This document shows positions 60,809-64,000 of a DNA stretch of 64,000 nt, in pieces. A program made the position numbers and the translations under genes. Below the pieces are notes generated by a model that ran no database searches, was not told the DNA's origin, and saw only the letters and a program-made list of their open reading frames with translations. The DNA is taken from assembly GCF_009914755.1 (NCBI RefSeq), contig NC_060929.1, one strand, 5' to 3'. The first letter of the stretch is position 1. Each line of letters opens with the position of its first letter. The stretch comes from the human T2T-CHM13v2.0 reference genome, Homo sapiens.

Positions 60809-61257
60809 TTAAATCTTAAAGGGAGAGAGTCACTTGGCTAACTGGGGTACAGCATCCCAGGCAGAGGGAACACTAGGGCACAGGTTTCTCATGGGGCTTG
60901 GAGTGGGGCTGGACTAGGGTGAGGGAAGGAGAAGAGAGGATCGGGGAGGTGTGTGGGTCAGGTCCTGAAGTGCCTGATAGGCTATTGCAAGGATTTGGAC
61001 TCTGAAAAAATTGGGGGATAAGTAGGGTTTCCTTCTCCATAACATTGTGATTCTTTTTCATGGGTGCTACCTTCTTTCTCTGAAGACATTAATTCATAGG
61101 ATTTAGATTTTGTTTTTCTTGTTTGCATATTTGTCTTTTGTTTTCATCTGTTCACTAAAGCCAGTTTCCCTGGGATTTTACTTTCTTGTTGGTTCATCTT
61201 GGTCTTTTCTTTCAGACTTCAAGTTTTCTTCAAAGAAATGGCAATCCTTGGTTGTTA

Positions 61258-61587
<330 letters not shown>

Positions 61588-61725
61588 GAATGAGGGGCTA
61601 GAGAAAAAATAATAAGGGACTGGAGTAGCTGCTCCTCATCTTTGTACGTTCATGGATAGGGAGTTGGCACTTTTCCTGGGACACCATATTCAAAATGGAA
61701 GGATGAGGATTTACTCTGGGGCTCC

Positions 61726-61790
61726 ATAACTAGCTACCACGGTTATATATAACTAGCTGCCACGGTTATATATAACTAGTTACCACAGTT
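61726..61790. repeat. 23-bp tandem repeat, about 2.8 copies
   Basis: ataactagctaccacggttatat / ataactagctgccacggttatat / ataactagttaccacagtt. Confidence 0.9.
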
Positions 61791-62413
61791 TCCTGCACCC
61801 AAGTTGTTCAGTTATTTTAGCAATGACCCCTCTGATGCTTTTCCCTATTAACTGCCTGTAATTTGGGTCTGAGCCAGGGAGAGTGAGGAGGAAGTGTCAA
61901 GATTTCTCACAGCCACATCTTTAATTAAATCTAGTGTTTTCGGAAACTTCTCACCCACTCCTCCTGTAGCACCTCACTGGACTTCTGACAAACGGGTCGG
62001 TGTTTTCTTATCCCCCGTTGATGCCTATATTCAAGATTATGGCTTCCCTTGCTTTGCTGCATGAGTAAATATTGTACTTTACTTTCCGCTTTCCGTTTTT
62101 CCATATTTCAGAAAGTTTCAGAAATCAGTCTTCTGTTGATGGTTTCCCTCCATTATTGTAGCAGGATTATCACTTCTTTTGTACATATTCATTTTAAAGA
62201 CCTTAGAAAGAAAGGAGAAGCAAACATTTGTGCTCCCATTCTCCATCCTGAACTGAAAGCCTTTCACATTTCATTGACGGTTTTGCTGAAATTAGAGAAT
62301 ACTATATTTTTGACACTCCTTTTATCTATCTGCTAATAAATCTATCGACAACAAAACTAGTTGTCATTAATATTTTATTTTAATGTCATGCCAGCCGCTA
62401 ATATCCACTTAAC

Positions 62414-62536
62414 TTTTTTTTGAAATGGGGTCTCTCTATGTTGCCCAAGCTGGTTTCAAACTCCTGGCCTCAGTGCATCCTCCCACATTAGCCTCCAGAG
62501 TGGCTGGAACTACAGGCACATGCCACCATACCTGGC
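62414..62536 (-). mobile_element. Free Alu monomer (FLAM-like)
   Basis: Single arm; TSD tccacttaactttt. Confidence 0.85.
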
Positions 62537-62659
62537 TTCCACTTAACTTTTCTAAATGCTTAAGATTATTTATTTTAAAAGTCAACTATAGGATGTTACT
62601 AAGAATCTGTGATGCAATTATGATAAGAATCATTTATACTAAATGTTTCAATCAACAAC

Positions 62660-63510
62660 CCGTTAGATAAATTGGCAAAATGTACATACAAACAGCTAAT
62701 TCACAAAACAAGAAAAATTTTAATAAGTGCTTAAATATATGGAAATACACTCAGCTTTACTCTTAAGAAGAAAATGCAAATGAAACTGTAGTGGAATATT
62801 TTTTAACCTTTTACATTTGCAAAGATCAAAAAGTTTAGCGCTAGTCACGATTAAAATGATGATTGTTATTTTGTGTGCCAGCTATTATGCTAGGTACTTC
62901 AAAATATAAATATTTTTAAGGCTAACACTTTATTAGTGAGAAGATATAGACGCTGTTGAATATTTGGGTATGCATCACAAAATGTCTACCGAGGGCAATG
63001 TGGCAATAGCTGTAACATCTTTTCTATCATACCTTTTGACATAGCAGTTCCATTTCCAGAAAATTATTCACACATGTAATAAACATATAAGGACATTTGT
63101 TGCAATGTTGTTAGTATTTGCAAAAGACTGAAATATACCTACATGCCCCATCAGTAAGGAACTGGTTAAATAACATTTCATCCTTACAATGTAACTTTAT
63201 GCAGTCATTAAAAAGTATGAGGAAGATCTATGGGTACTGAAAGAACACCAAGATACAATAAGTTAAAAAAAAAGCAAGGTGTAGAATAGCATGCTGTCTA
63301 TCATTTGTGGTTCAAAAATGCACACGTTTACATATGCACAGTCTCTCCCAGGAAGGACACACAAGTTGCTGGGAAGAGTAGGTGCCTTTGTGGAGAGAAA
63401 CTGGGTCACCATGAAACAGGGGTAAAAAGAAAATTTGTTTTTCCATTTGTAACTTTTAAATTTTATACTTATGCTTATAGTGCCTATTCAGAAATAAATA
63501 TGTAGACAGA
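62660..63510 (+). mobile_element. L1ME-type 3' end
   Basis: aaatgcaaatgaaac...ttggcaaagatc-like...ataccttttgacatagcagttccatttcc...ggaactggttaaataa. Confidence 0.7.
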
Positions 63511-64000
63511 TAAATGAAATTTATAGTTGTCCAAACAAAAATATATGTATCAGAATTGTAAATGGAAGATCATTCTTCTTGACTTGTAAAAATCTAGTTT
63601 GGGAGATTCTGAGTTTATGAAATTGGAAAAGCTAAAGGGTTTCCCAGCCATCCTGTCTCCATTGCTCACTCCTGCACTTCCGCACTCCATTCTATTTCCT
63701 TCTTTTGGTCACTGTGAGGCCTCTCTTTATTTGTACTATGGCTGCTGTCCAGCCCTCTTCCATCTCTATAGCCCAACTCTTTGCTTCCCAAGTATCGTGG
63801 CCTGTGTCTGCCAGCCACGGAGCCACTGAATAGGCAGCACTCCAAAAACAAGCGTCTATGAGGCCCCAGATCTTGGTGAATCCAGGTGCCAACATGGTTT
63901 TCACTACAGTTTCAGGAACACTCTACTTTCACAGACCCACCCATGACCACAGCAATCCCATTGCCAGGCATTTATTCTATGAAGACCCTCTGATGAAACA

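Overview
Primate (human-like) genomic DNA that is mostly interspersed repeats (L1, Alu, L2, MIR, MaLR LTRs, DNA-transposon relics). The only host coding sequence I can support is a first coding exon in a CpG island at ~26.5-27.0 kb: ATG at 26751, MTELQQDVEDTKPAKVLGKRESKLGSA(H), then a GTGAGT donor at 26834. From memory this is the N-terminus of GRAMD2B (GRAMD3). Everything downstream appears to be its long first intron. The long ORF-track entries are L1 ORF2, Alu or LTR remnants, and I found no gene support for the short ones. I see no new multi-gene biological system. The structure that stands out: (1) a textbook L1 3' transduction nested three layers deep (MIR < older L1 < young L1PA plus a ~150-bp transduced MLT1-like tag); (2) a second, ~32-bp putative micro-transduction; (3) three separate local inverted duplications of ~115-260 bp that look like template-switch or templated insertions, one copying across a junction between two unrelated elements; (4) a 36-codon upstream ORF, in frame with the main ATG, that contains a G-quadruplex motif. 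Repeat subfamily calls are by eye and boundaries are approximate unless TSDs are quoted.
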